Assembly: GCA_003427395.1 (NCBI GenBank)
Contig: BFEA01000014.1
Location: forward strand, 5,246,662 to 5,293,499
Direction: 5' to 3'
DNA: 46,838 nt
Source of the DNA: Chara braunii
Taxonomy: Eukaryota > Plantae > Charophyceae
The notes beneath the pieces are model-generated. The model was not told the DNA's origin and searched no databases. It was given only the letters and a program-made list of their open reading frames with translations. Made by a program: the position numbers and the translations under genes. Below, in pieces: positions 22,468-36,172 of this stretch (positions within the stretch are counted from its first letter, which is position 1; every line of letters starts with the position of its first letter).

Positions 22468-22750
22468 GGATAATTGGTTGAAAGCGCCCACGCAGAAACC
22501 TTTTTGGTTTCACACGCCCAAACTTTTTCCGTTTGGCAAGAAGGGCCCATGGCGTACACAGGTCGTCAGATGTTAAAATCTGAAGGCCGAGATTGGGTCG
22601 GGACAGCTTGGCCTTTCCTACCGGATCATGCACCTGTCGCTGTGTCTGCACCAGATTCATTTTCCTGTAGGCCGTTCTTGCCAAATGGGAAAAGTTTGGG
22701 CACGCGAAACCGAAAAGGTTTCCGCGTGGGTGCTTTCCACCCATTATCCC
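22468..22750. repeat. MITE-like imperfect inverted repeat (arms about 80 bp, spacer about 120 bp)
   Basis: GGATAATTGGTTGAAAGCGCCCACGCAGAAACC...TTGGCAAGAAGGGCC (22468-22548) matches the reverse complement of 22670-22750. Confidence 0.8.
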
Positions 22751-23889
22751 AAGAAAAAAGAAAACAGGAACCACCTAAGATGAGAAATGCTTCCCCTGAA
22801 AAAAAAAGAAAAGAAGACGGATGACCAATGGTCTCACAATTCCTTGGGCTTTTTGTGAGGTTGCCTAGCCTTGTGCTCGGATTTTTTCATTCTTCGTCGT
22901 CTCTTTCTCTCCTTCGTCTTTCCCTATGCTTGTCGTCTGTCCTGTGTCACGAAAGCGATCAAATGTGTATGGGATGACGTTGTTCAGTTATTCATGCTTT
23001 GTCAAACATAGTAACAACGGTTGTAGCAGTACACTACGCATGAGTGGTTATGCAATAGCTATGTCCTAGAGTCACTTTGTGACTTACTGCTACATAGCTA
23101 TCTTTCACCTTGGTCAACTGGTCCTGCCTTATCTCTTTCTTTTTTTTTTTTTCTTTTTTTTTTTTTTAAACAGCCCCTCTAGTGTTAGTGGTGCTGGTAA
23201 GAGCAGACACCACTACCACCTTGAGGAGAGACTCCATTGATTGGTGGGGAGCATCACCTGCTGGAAAACGGGTCCAGCGTCCCTGATACAAAATGGAATA
23301 AAGTTGAATCAGAAAACAGGAAAACTTGACAGAGTACCTGAGAAGAGCCTGCCAGCATTGATTATTCTGGATTTCCAGAAGATTAACTGAGCAGGGTGCT
23401 GAAGGGAGTTGCTGATGACGATCCTCTCCTCTCCAAAAAAAATGGAGGACTCCGGCCGGGTCCCGCCTCTTGGCGAGGAGACGCTGTGGGACCACTGGGG
23501 GGCACCAGCTGAACCACGCGTCTCCCCGCCCTTCTTCAACCAGTCTATGGGGCCTCCCTTCTGCGACCAGGATAGATGAAAGTATGATGAGCATTGAAAC
23601 TTCCTTCTTGAGAAAGCACCTCCCGCATCTGTCTCACCCCATAACACCTCAGAGGTGTATTTCCAAGGCCCGTGGGTGGGAGGGGAACGGGTCTGGAAAC
23701 TCCTCTGCAGGTCTCATAGGGACAGTAGAGTCGATGGACAGCCACTACTTGAACCTCAAACGGTAATCTCGTGGCACTACATCCCCTCCTTGTCTGACTT
23801 CCCCGCCGTCTCCTGCTTCCCAATCCCCTGTCCAACAGACCTCCGCTACCCATCCCTCCCAGTCCCCACCCAGCCATTCCCTGGAGAAC

Positions 23890-26800
23890 TCTAATAGCTG
23901 TTCCCGGATGTCTTTTGACCTATGGAGAGTGTCTAGTGAAATCTTAGTTGACTTCCATCTGTGCATGATCTCCAGTTGAAAGAGCTGTTTAATTTTCTCG
24001 ATCCTCTCTTCTCCTTCTATTTGAACCTGGTCCAGAGACAAAACAGAGCGCTGCCACCATAAAACCCACATGCCTGGATCGTCCTTCGGCCCACTGGCAG
24101 GTGAAACATATTCCACACAAAGGTGTTGCCTTGGAGAGATGGGCAGTGGCCCACGAGGATGGCTCGCCATTCCCATGGCCACACATAGCCCGGAGCCATT
24201 TGCTGCCACACCCTATCCCACCACCTCCAGGTGAGGACTGCTCCGGGGCATTGCATAAATATATGCTCAATTCTTACTGCTCTCTTTCGAGCTGGGAATC
24301 TTGACAGACATCTCGAACACCAAGGGATAGCACGGCCTTGTTGTTCCAACAGCAAGTGATCCATCAACCAGTCATTAGCTGGTAAGCACCAATGTATGAT
24401 CTGCCACTGCAGGGATGTGATTTTCGCAAGTATGCATTTGGTGCCGCAGAACCATCGTATCGGTGTAAGCAGCTGTTTCTCCACGTTGAGGTGTCTCTGC
24501 CATCTATCGATCACCGTATCTTGCAGGCATCACTTAACTCTGAGCATTTTATACGTTGCTTTCACCGTTAGGTCCGACAATGCTTTAGGTTTTAGTTGCC
24601 ACTGTTTATGTTGTGTGTTCGGGCTCCAAACCCACTCTGGGGGTCTATCGGGAGTTTTTCTAAGGCCATCTTAGGCAAAAAGGTCCGTCGGTTCACCCCT
24701 TCCCCTATTACCCTGATTTTGTGTAGGACCTCCTTCGAAGTCCATTGGAAGGGGTCCCGACTTCCTACCAAGCCACCATCTCTTTTCATGCCGTACCATT
24801 CAACCAGCACGTCCTCTGGTCGAACTAAATGAACCAGACCTGCCTTATTGACCCTCCCATCGCTGGACACCCAATCTCCCTCCTCACACACCGGACCTCT
24901 GCGCAGAATGGGCCACCAACCTATCGGGACTCAGGAGGGCTTGCGTTATTTCTTCGAGTGATGATTCAACATTGTTATGTCATCTCAGTTCCTTCCTCAT
25001 TCTCTCTGGTCCCTTCCAATCCTTCCTCTCCCTGTCCCACAGGTCGCCCACTCGGTAACACCATTCTTCACCCATCCCTTTCATGGAGCGTCGGTGTTGC
25101 AAAAAATATGGCTATGCCCATTGGTAATCCAACTGTTTTCGAAGAGGGGTTGTCTAGCCACCTCCTCCCATTTGTCAGGGGGCGGGCGATTCGGGGGGTG
25201 GAGCCTCCTCCATATTTTTAAGTTTTAACAGACCGGGCCAAAAACCATCTCTCCTCCTCTCCCCTCCCCGAGAGTGTTGAGGCACTCTCCAATAACGATC
25301 GTCCAACCACTGAAGAGGATGAACAGTCGATGGGGCGTCGGGGGCGAGGCGAGCGATTTACTCCAGCGCCAACGGCCTCCATACCAATGAGTTTTCAAAA
25401 AGATCAACCGTACAATCCATTGTAAACTGAATGCTTGGAATTGGGTGAGGGGTTCTAGGATACCAATGCCTCCTTTTGCCTTGGGTTGGATAACTGAGTC
25501 TCACGCAACCCGAATGATAGCATGGGAATCTTCACCGTCTCCTCTCCATAGGTAGACTGCCACCTTCCTCTTTAAGGTTTTCAAAGCTCCCTGGCTGAGT
25601 AGCCAAAGGATTGATTTATACCAGAGGGTGGCTAAGTCAACGAGGTTGATCACACATGCCCAAAAAATGTTGATGGTTCCACTGGGAGAGTTTGGCAAAA
25701 GCCGGGGCTGATAACCATCCGTCATTTTCAGGGGGTTGACCAAGCACTGTCATCTTAAACCACCAATACCTTCCCCAGTGTTGGGAAATTACGTGATACT
25801 GGCCAGTACCCGAAGTTTTTGGGGGTCGGACAGAGGATCGACATTGTCCCAAAAGTCGTATTTTTTTTTTTTGCCCGTGCACGAAAGGGAAAGGAAAAAA
25901 AACGGGCCTTTGTACTGCAATGATGTCGGGCAGGGATGTCTAGGAGACCGTGCTCACACAACCTCACAGTCTTACATGCATCTTACAGCAAAGACGGTCA
26001 CGTTCTGAAACTTGTTGTTTTCTTTTTTTCTTTTGTATTTGTTTGTTATGAGTACCCTGCCAACGAGGCAGGGCGGAATCCGTGATCTGCTCTAGTATTG
26101 TTTCCTCAGATGATTGTAACACTGATGTATCCAACCGTTTTCAAGGTCAAATCCATGTTTTCGTTTTTTTTTTCTTGTTTTCATTTTCTGGACTCCGACA
26201 ATCTGAATCCATGATCTGCTCGAGCTGTGTTCCCTCAGAGGATTGTAACCCTGATCACACTGGCACTTACGGGAATGTATCTTTCCATTTTCACGGGCGA
26301 ATCCATGTTTGTCCGTTTTTTTTTTTTTTGAGTTTCTGAAATCTGACAACCTGGCCACGGGGCTGAGATGCCCTCACTGAGGGCACACTCACGCTTACAC
26401 TTCCGAGAATGTATACAGCCGCAATCAGGCCCAGAGCTTTGTTTATTTTTCTTGTTTTCTGAGTTTTCACGGCCGCAACTTTTTTTTTTTTTTTTTTTTT
26501 GTTCTTCCTGTGAGAGTACCATAAAGAAATGGAGTGGGACCCAGGCTCGGCAAAACTCGGAGCACAGTGAAAATCAGGGTCGGCAAGAACAGGCTCGGAG
26601 GTACTGGTGGTTTCCAAAAGCCGGATCGGGGTTTCAGGGGTCACCCAAGTGATATGATGTCTTTCCGGAGGGCGACCTCCCTGGTGGTGAAGTCACCATC
26701 CTAATGTTTTTTGTCCCCAGTTTGCCGCCATGTCAGAGAGTTCTTGGACCGAAATTTGGTCCAAAGTTTTGGCTCCTGGGGGTGTGGCGTTCCTAGAACG

Positions 26801-29200
26801 CCGGACCCCCTAGATGTATCTGGTCCAAAGTTGAGACTAAATACATCTAGGGGGTCCAGCATTTTAGGAACGCCGAACCCCCAGGAGCCAAAACTTTGGA
26901 CCGGATGTCGGCCCCAAAACTCAATTTTAATTTCGTTCAATAAATATAATATGTCCGTTTTTACGAAATGGCCGTTATATTTTGTTGTGTGGCATTGATC
27001 ATGATTGTGAGATCATCCGCAAACAGAGAGCAGACCGGAATTCATTCCTTAAGGATGTCGGCTAACTGAATCCTCGATAAATCCTTGCTATATCGGAGGT
27101 TGGCTGGTAACACTTTCATTATGATGATGACTAAGACGGAGGCAATGGGATCACCTGTCTAATCGAGCGCTGCAGTCTTATCTCTAAAACCATAGAACCA
27201 TTTATTTGAACTCTCGTAGTTACATTCTGGTACAGGATGCGCACCTACCTCTGAAAGTGGTCACCAAAATTTAATATTTCCAGACACTTGTCCAAGAATA
27301 ACCAATCCACATGGTTGTAAGTTTTTTCAAAGTCAATGAAGATGAATGCGGCATTAGTTTTGGACTGATGTCATTGACCCAAACTAATCATCTCATTGAC
27401 TAAGGGTATGTTCTCTTGGATGTTCCTATTTCGCATAAAACCGGTCTGGGTCGGATGGATAATGTCCTACATTACCTCAATTATTCGGTTGACCAATGCT
27501 TTTTACAACATCTTGTAGACCATCGTCAAGAGTGTGATGGGACGGTAATTCCGGATGTTCATTTTGTCTCCTTGTTTGTGAAGGAGTGATAACACCCCTT
27601 GCCCTGCCAATTCCCCCAAGTCTCCAGAATCTCAAACCGCCCTATAAAATTGCATCAGGTCATCACTCAAGAGAGACCACAAGGCCTCTCAAAACTCCTT
27701 AGGGAAGCCATCTAGGCCATGAGTTTTCTCTTCCTCCATTTGCATAAGTGTCGTCCAAATTTCCTCTTTGGTGACCTGGCGGTCCAAACGATTTTTTTGT
27801 GTCGAGGAAAGGTGACCCTCCATTGGGCGTAAGAACTTCTCCAGCTCTCCTAGTCGATCGCTCCCTTGTTGGTGGGGGGTGTGGGAGGAAAAAAAATCTT
27901 TGTAAAAGGATATAGCGATCCTTACACAATGAGCAGTGGTGGTGGCCAATTCGTCAGTTACGGGGTTTATAAGGGCCTCGATAGTGGTGGGGTGGTCTCT
28001 AGTGAAGCCAAAATGAAAAATTGAGAATCCATGGTGCCTTCTTTAGTCCATTTCGCTAATTTGCCACGAATCCTGATACCTTGCCATCTGTGTTGTGCGA
28101 CCAGTAGGAGTTGGTCCTGCAATCTTTGGATCTCCGGGATGTGATAGTTGGAATTGTTATGGCTAACGAGGTTGTGAAGTATTCTCTGAACGTATATTTC
28201 CTGCACATGTCATTTGCTTGCCAACAGTTTGGAATAGTCCTTACATTTCCTAGCTAGGGAGAAAAGATTGTTAGTGAACCATCATACCTTCGAGTGAAAA
28301 GTGTGTCTTTGGTTTTGCCAAAACATCCATACGTTGTGAATGTATGTGTGAAACGATTTTTCCTTGAGTAAGGAAGTGTTAAGCTTGTAATATTCAAACC
28401 CCTGATCCGACCGTTTGCGGAAGGAAAAGATCGCTCCGCATGAGCAGTGGTCTAGGTCGGGGAGGGGCCTATGTGGAAAAATGGTAGAGAGTTGTATCGC
28501 ATTTTGAATCTCTTGCGAAAGTAGGATTAGATCTATACGCGACTTTGAGTGCCTCGCCTGGTCATTTGGTGCGGAGCGACGTATAGGTCCTCTCTACCAG
28601 ATGCAAGTATCTATTTGCGTCCACCAGTCCCAGAGCACCACAAAGGTCTGCCATTATTCATTCGTCCTCTTCCTCATAATCGGGACAAGGGTCCTAAGGG
28701 CCCCACCTGTCCAACCATCTGTCCGGCGCAGCGTTGAAATCGCCCGTGATGATCAGAGGGATGCCGTGTGGGGCAAGGCTCTGAACTTTGAAGGTGGGAG
28801 AAAAAATGTGTCCTTTCGGTTGCTGTGTTGGATGCATATATGCAAAAGATGATGATTAGTTCCAGCTCCATCATCCCCAGGATCGACACCCACGTCCCTT
28901 ATTCTTCATCCACCACCCAATTCACCACCTCCACCCGAGACCCTGGTGAGACCCAGATTGCGACCCCTGTTGACCCTGGTGTCACCGCATGCGCTCTATA
29001 GGCCTAGTGTGGCCAAACTGTTTTATGGGCTCAATGATGTTCAAGTTTTTCCATTAGGTGGGTTTGTTGAACGCAGATGACATCCGGCCACATCCTCCCT
29101 CCTACACCCTTCAACTGGTCCCAGATTGCCTGCCTTTTCGAGGGGTTGAAGGAGGCCAATCCATTCACATTAAGGGTCCTCAGATCGAGGTCTGCATTTC
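23890..29200 (-). pseudogene. LINE ORF2 remnant: APE endonuclease, reverse transcriptase, C-terminal zinc finger
   Basis: LRTLNVNGL...PDVICVQQTHL (about 29055-29180); KTHGLDGFPKEF (about 27690-27725); LFADDL (about 27010); ATLWY...VAVYLW; CSRC...EHIFMQC (about 24250-24325). Many stops and frameshifts. Confidence 0.9.
25830..26976. mobile_element. Non-coding insertion(s) in the LINE RT, including a 130-bp tandem duplication and a foldback element (26738-26976)
   Basis: RT reading breaks after FADDLTIMINATQQN at about 26977. Duplicated blocks lie near 26076 and 26205. Long hairpin arms 26738-26820 and 26841-26921. Left boundary is approximate. Confidence 0.75.
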
Positions 29201-29349
29201 GGAAGTTAATCTTCCACTGTGGGTTCCTGCAGTACATTGTGTCAAGATCATCCATTGTTTTTTACTTTTCCAATCCCACCCCGATTCTAGACCCTTATCT
29301 ATGTCCGGGAGGACCAGTCTGTTGTGCACAACAACCCATTCCGGAGGAC

Positions 29350-32300
29350 CCTAGATAAACAGGTGTGAAGGTCCTCCTCCGACCAGAATGAATTGGCTTT
29401 TATCTGTTGGAGGGAAAACTCCATCAGGGCTCCATGATTGAACCATTCAAATTGAAGTCTTTGTCTTCCTCAAACAGGACATACAGATCAGTAGTAGCCA
29501 CCCTCATCAATCCTTCAAATTGAGGAAGGGTTGCAAGTATTCCAGCTGGATAATGGTGGCACATGAAAGGTTCCGCCTTCTTTCTGAAGTCACTGTCCCT
29601 CGGACCGGGGAAGGACCAAATGTTGTAGAAGCCCCATCCTAGCAGCGTAACCCCTCCTTGTACTGGGGAGAGTCCGATCTCCGTCCTGTCGTCCACGTGC
29701 CTTAGTGGGATGACAACCACCTCCTCTTTCTGCATAAGGGTTTTTTCGTATTGACCCACTTCCACCATTTGTTCGAGTTTTTTTATGGTGTGGTTGGTCG
29801 GGGCTGTGATCGGTTTGTACCATTGCATGATTCTCCCCTGGTCCATCCAAAGATGGTGGTTGTTGCGCTGGGGGTTGGAACTGCCGGTCTGTGAGGTGGC
29901 GGATCCGTTGAAAGATTTCTGGCCAAGTAAGGTGCGTGGGGGGGGGGGGCGCCTTCTAAGGCCTTTCAGAGGGTCGAACTTTTGTCTAACATGGCAAATA
30001 ATTGGGCGTATTTACAGTCCCAGCAATCTTGTAGAACTTCGGGATGTTGGGATTGAAAGCCATCTACTGTGTAACCGTTTGAACGCCGAGAACGGGCGTT
30101 CACGTTCAAATGTGCGTTTGAACGCGGATTTAAATTCGCGTTCAAAATTGAACGGCGTTCAATTATTTTTTTAGTTTTTTATTTAAAAACAAAAATCATT
30201 TCGATGCCTAAAACTAACTTTTTTTTTCTGATTTTGTTTTTAAGAGTTCTGTATGATGTGAGTTACATGCCTCTCAATTTTGGAGTCATTTTGGTAAGGC
30301 ACAAAAAAACGAAAAATCGCCAAAGATGGCGGTGTCAAATCGTGTTCGCTCACTAATTTCAATTCTTTTTTTATTTTTTTTTTATTTTTTGTTTTTTTAT
30401 TTTTATTTTTCCAATTTGGTAATGAATTTAGATGCAATGCTCAGACAAATGTTGTTTATTTTATTTCTCTTCATAACATATTTGTTTTTCAGAAGTTTTT
30501 GAGGTTTTTTCTTTTTTTTTTTCCCGCGCGGAATTGAACTCCGCGTTCAGTCCCGTTCATTGAACGCGCGTGCATTCCGTTCAGTTTCTGAATGGAAAAC
30601 CCGCGTTCAATGAATGCGCGGTTTCACAGGCCATCTACTAGCCAATCAGCGATAATCTTAAGTTTCTGTTTGGTATCCGTATCAGCTGGAGGTGCTCCCG
30701 TGTCCTCTTGATGATCAATGTCCATCGTAGCCACGTCCGGAGGGGGGGGAAGGGGGGCAGAGGGTTCATCAATCTCCATAGGCTGCGGGCCAAAAAAAAC
30801 CTCGAGGTGGTCCACGACCCCCTCAAGGGAGTTCACCATGTTAAGATTCGTCAGAGACTCATGTCGTTCTACCTCTGCGATGGGTATCTGATGTTCTTTG
30901 TTTCCCCTTGATTTTTTCCCCTTCCCTACCAGCCTCCCAGTCTTGGCTTTGGCCGCTGACAGCTCCGCATTCTGCTGGTTCAGCAGACCATGTTCTAGAA
31001 TGCTCCTCACTTGTGCACTGCTTTCCAAGGCCCCTCTTAGCTGTGGGTATGCCTGAGCCCAAAAATATATTGGGACCTCCATATGCAAGGTCTGCAGGCC
31101 TGACATGATCCACTCTGAAATTTGCAGTACCGAGGTTTTGGGGCTCTATACAAGATCAAGGCCCGTCAGATTGTCCCTCCCTTCCACACCTAGCTCTAGT
31201 GCGCCCTCATAGGGATCTCTCGTACCTGTGGTGGACCGTTGGTGGATGGAGATTTGCATATTATATTTGTTTCCTTTTCGCTCGGCTTGCATGGCCTGCT
31301 GGCTCTCCTGGTCCCTATCCCACAATATCGCTCTCTCTCCTTCGTCTGATCCCCCTGATTCTATGTCCAGTAGGGCGAATTTGTTACCTCCTGCCTCCTG
31401 CTCTTTTCCACCTTCTTTGGTCGGGGACAGTGGGCCCCTTGATCGCTCTTTTTGTTGGGTTTTTGGTTGCATCTGACGCCCTTGCTCCGTTAAGTAATCT
31501 TCCAGGGTCGGGCCTACATTCCTCCTTTCCGATTTGCCTTGTACTGTCCTCCAACCAGTCGTGGGTTTAGCAAGGCTCGACTGTAAGTGGGATTCTACCG
31601 TCTTCGGGGGCGTCCAAGAAGGTGGGGGCTTGAAGTCCAAGTTGGTTGTCCCCTGTTCTATCCCACACCCATTCTGTGGTTTCACCTTCCTCCTCAACCT
31701 TGTCCACGTAGACCCACCCTTCGTGCCTCGAATCTACAGTCCGCCAATGTGTGCTCCTGAAGGGGTCCTGAATTAAACGCCCTGTGACCCTGACCTGGTT
31801 AACAGGTGGGGGGGGCATGCAAATTCGGTGTATAGGTGTCCATAGGCGTGACACTTGAAACACCAAGGTCTCAGTTTGTCAGTCGTGTGAATCTTGTAGT
31901 CTTTATCCCCGACTATGGAGGGAATTATATCATCCACTGAGGACAGTCGACGATCAGGGAGGTATATTGCCATCATTAGGTAGTCGTTTCTTCTAGCGAC
32001 GTGAGGAGGGAGTGGGTCAACAAAATCAATTATGTCAAATTTCTCTCCAAAATCCTGCACAAATGCCGCCTGGATCTCGATGGGGATGCAGTGTGCCGAA
32101 ACTCTACCCAGAAATGCTCTGCCATCATCCTCTCCCTCTTCTCTTCTGGGCGTTGCTGCTTCGGGGGGCCCCATGGGTAAATTCTAACCTCGCACCTCTC
32201 ACATTGGATCGCCCTCCAACTATCCATCGCTTGTTTATCTGATTCGTTCCTGCAAATGACTGTGACTATAGATAGTGAAATTGGCTGGAGAAGGAACATG

Positions 32301-32700
32301 TCTTGCGCTTCTTCCATGTTTCCCCTAAGGGAGACCAGCCTCTTCCGTATCCACCCCACTTTGTCATTTGTAGATTTGAACGCATCATCGTGGACCACCC
32401 AGTTACTGGCGTGTTTTGTATACAAGTGATTTTTGTCTTTGACCTTACTAGACGGTAAGGATTTAACCAGTGAGGATTTGTCCCTCTGGTTTATCACACT
32501 AGGTTCAGACAGGGTCAAGAGTTTGGTCAGAAAGAAAGCACTGGCTGACGATAAGCTGTCCAGAGGGATTTTCCATTCATGCCCTTCCCCATCTTCAAAT
32601 TGCCTTTGCACCACTATCGTTTGTCCTGCATGTGGTCAGTGTATACGAGCAGCCCAGGAGGGGGAGGGGGGGGTGTAGGTCCTGGGAAGGGGGGTAGAAG
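29350..32700 (-). pseudogene. LINE ORF1 remnant with zinc knuckle and long C-terminal extension
   Basis: ORFs 32030-32614, 31773-32174 (WCFKCHAYGHLYTEFAC), 31146-31697, 30624-31106 and 29424-29846, interrupted by the hAT MITE. Confidence 0.75.
30067..30629. mobile_element. hAT-type MITE (563 bp)
   Basis: 8-bp TSD GCCATCTA (30059-30066 and 30630-30637); 11-bp TIRs CTGTGTAACCG / CGGTTTCACAG (1 mismatch); subterminal GAACGC/GCGTTC repeats; AT-rich core. Confidence 0.9.
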
Positions 32701-33757
32701 GCTGGATGTTATCGACACCCCTGGCTTGTCGGGCAGCGGGAGTGACCTGCCCCACCACTCATATCCCCTGCCGTCCCTTGTACTGCATCAGTAGGGTGTT
32801 TGACGGCATGCTATCGCATAGCCCCTTGGTATAACAAGGTGGACTCCAATTTTTTTTGTGCCCTTTGATACTTGTGCCCCGATCTTATGGCTTCTTTGGT
32901 TGTTGCCATGGTGATCGTAATAGGCGCTCCCCCACCCTCGATCTTCCACAACCATTTGTGTACACAGGGTTAGGGTGGAAAATTGAGCGAATGCCTATTT
33001 CTGACTACGATCGGGTCTTAATCCTTCTGGCTGCACTTCGGTACCCCTTGTCCTCCATGCACTGATGTTCTAGGCTAGTTGTTTGTAACCACTTCTTCTC
33101 TCTCCTCCTCTCTCCCCCCTTAGGGTTCCCCCACACCACAAAGGCGTTCTCTCTAAAATTTCCCCAATCCTTGTCCCCTTCCAATCATGTTTCCCCACTT
33201 CCCTCTTTATAATCTGCTCCTTGCTTTGATGTTATAGGCCGGTTGTTTTTAACCGCTTCTTCCCTCTCCTCCTCTCTCCCTCCTTGGGGTTTCCCTACCC
33301 ACAAAGGCGATTTTAAAATTTTCTTTCCAATCACATTTCCCCACTTCCTTCACACAACTTACCCCCTTCCCAAACCCGTTTCTTCACCTCCCTCTTTATG
33401 ATCTGTTGACTTACAAATACTAATTTCCACCCTACCCCAGACACCCCTCCACAAACCACTCCAAATCTTGAATCCTTACCACCTTCCTTTCGATCTTCTG
33501 AAAACTTCGCAATTTGATTGACAAACTCCTTCGCCTCCCCTTTTTTTTTAAAAAAAGAAAAAAAAAGGGGGGGGAATATGCCCTAGTCCTTGTATGATGC
33601 GTGACTTAATGAGCAACCTATGGGAGGGACCGGTAAGGTCCTACCTTATCTCATCTTTTGTCTACATCTATTTGTCAACGGCCATGATGAATTACGGAGG
33701 CCGTCAGGTTGGTCGTACCTTATCTCATCTTTTGTCTACATCTATTTGTCAGCGGCC

Positions 33758-35230
33758 ATGATGAATCATGGAGGTCGCCGGGTTTGCCATCACTGTCAAC
33801 ATCGTGGGCATTTCGTTAGGGACTACCAGCAAAGGCAAATCCCGAATGTTGCCGCCTTGTTAGGCGTGAATGAAGATGCGAATTGGGCTCCTGCACAAGA
33901 TAACGATTGTCAATGGTTGTTACCAGCCCCGACTGCTATTGTGCCATATAGACCGCAAGTGGTAAACGTAGGCCAGCAAGAGGGGAATCGCTACAATTGG
34001 AACTACAATGGAGGCTATGGTCGCGGATACAGTAACAACTATGGTCGAAATGGCTACCAACAGTGACCAAGGAATAACTGGTGGGAGGAGAACTTAGAGA
34101 GAGAGCAGGGCGATCGTGTGGAAAAAATGTGGGGTTAGTATTTCGAAGAAATGCAGACCAAGGAAAAGGAAAAACAAGAGGAGCGCAAGTTGAAGGAGGA
34201 AGAGGAGAGGAAAAGAGCACAAGAAGCAGCGGAAGGGAAAGAGGAAACCAAGAAAGAAAGGGAGGAATTCGAGAATTCGTTGGGAAAAATTGATAAAGAT
34301 AACATAGAGGTATGCGAGCAGATGTTGGGCAAGAAGGCGAATTCCAACCATGGGGCAAATATGGAATCGCGAGACGATACCAGGGGGAACAAGCAAGAGA
34401 AAATGTGGAGACGTGGGGATGCTGCGGCCAAAGGGCAAATTGATCGTCAGAAGAACAAAGACATCGAACGTCTGCAACGAAAGAATAACAATCTAGTACG
34501 CATGGCGACGGGCAGGGAAAACAAGGAATTGGACGGGATTAAGGAGGACAATCAAGCCCTGATTCATGACATGCTCAGTCTGGGGGACGAGGTGGAGAAC
34601 TTAAATCGCGACAATAAGCGTGGCGTGGAGACAGTCATGGAGAAAAGTCCTCCGGAGGAACTTGTGAGGGGGAAAGTCAAGCAGGTGGACGATGCCCGTA
34701 CCGGCGTACCCCAGCTGAATGGGCAAAGTTGACCGAAGCGTAGAAGCGAGTGAGGGACGAGAAAGATATGGCGGAGAAGGAAGTATCGACTCTCAAAGAA
34801 ACGAATCAATCGTATAAAGATAACCTCGCCATTGAGCTCAAGGAGGAACTTCAAGCTGTTTGTAAGAAGAAAAAGTGGAAAAGGGGGTAGTCCCAGATAA
34901 TAGTAACAAGGTGACGATGTCAAGGTGACCTTCGTACGCAAAGTGCGGGAGGAAGATGAATTTATGAAGTGAGTGAGCAATGCCCCGGGCAAGCCGAGGA
35001 AAGCGCAACTGGAGGTCCTTTGCGCAGACGAAGGGATCGACTACGGAGGTGTGAAGAAAATTGCGAGAGACTTGGCATAAATTTATATCGTTAGAGCGTA
35101 CGAGCTTCGCACCAACAAAAGGGAGATCAGAGACTCTGAGGAGGATGAAGAGGAACAAGAAAAAGATAAGCATGAGAAGGGTGACTCGGACGACGTTGTT
35201 GAGGGTTATGTTGCGCACCTGAATCGTCGT
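33758..35230 (+). pseudogene. gag/ORF1-like remnant of another retroelement (zinc knuckle, NGY-rich region, charged coiled coil)
   Basis: MNHGGRRVCHHCQHRGHFVRDY (decayed CX2CX4HX4C), a KEKEKQEERK... coiled coil and a C-terminal LEVLCADEGIDY. Stops and frameshifts; no RT follows. Confidence 0.6.
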
Positions 35231-36172
35231 AGAATCGGTCCCGAGCAATGATGTTATTTATTCTTCCCTTGCTGTTCTTCGGAGTGAAAGGTGTGTTGAA
35301 AATGGGGTACTAAGTAATGTGAAATTGTCTAAGCTATTTCGTAGCTACGTCATCTTGCTAATGCTTTCGTCCGTTTTACCTTGGGTGATAAGTTTGTTTC
35401 TTCTATTTCTACGTTGGTCAGCTCTAGCTACAATTTCGATCTCTGTCCTGGTCCAGTAGTCTACGACTCTACGTACTGATCTCACCAGGTGTAAACATAC
35501 GTATATAGGTTTTACGACACGGTCATTGGACATCCAATGACAGAAACATATATAGAGGACGGGGTATCAGGGTAGTGATGAGAATGTCAGGAATCGTAGG
35601 TTATACCAATGGTTGAGAAAATATGGCCTGGAAAGTTAACTTACATTGTTGTACCCATCTCTACCGCCTTACCTAAGGATTTGTTGAGTATTGAAAGCTA
35701 CTTTATTCGCTCATGCTCTCATTTCCTTAATAGTCCCTCCATGGTAGGTCGAATTAGTAGGAGGAATAGACCATGCAAGAAAGAACGAGACAAGGTTAAA
35801 CGTGGGAATGAGAACAAACATGTAGATAGGTTCATTCACAAAATACCTCTCTTCTGATTTTCTATGCTTCCTTCGACTTCTCTTCTATTTCTCTAACTAA
35901 AACTTGATCATGCATTTGATAACAATATATTGTCGTTTTCCATTTCAATCTTTGAAGGAGAGGAGTTGTGTGACAAATGAAAGATGTTAAAAAGGAAGTT
36001 CCAGTCTACCGTTATAAGGTCTAGTACTTTAGGGACCTGTCTGCTCAAAGACGCTTGTGCATGGTTGATGGCGGGTGATACTATGTGGATTGATTGTTTG
36101 ACTCGTTTCTGCCCACGCTTTGAGGATAAGAAGAAAAACTCGGCTTTACTTATGATATTTTATTCATGCTTA

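Larger units (their letters stand above)
23136..33636 (-). mobile_element. Full-length degenerate L1-clade LINE with nested insertions
   Basis: Poly(A) tail (T-rich run 23136-23167); 16-bp TSD GGTCCT(G/A)CCTTATCTC at 23120-23135 and 33637-33652; ORF1 and ORF2 remnants in the correct order. Confidence 0.92.

Noticed and set aside
35318-35609. Solo LTR
   Set aside because: It ends in an LTR-like ...TATACCA, but no matching start or TSD could be established.
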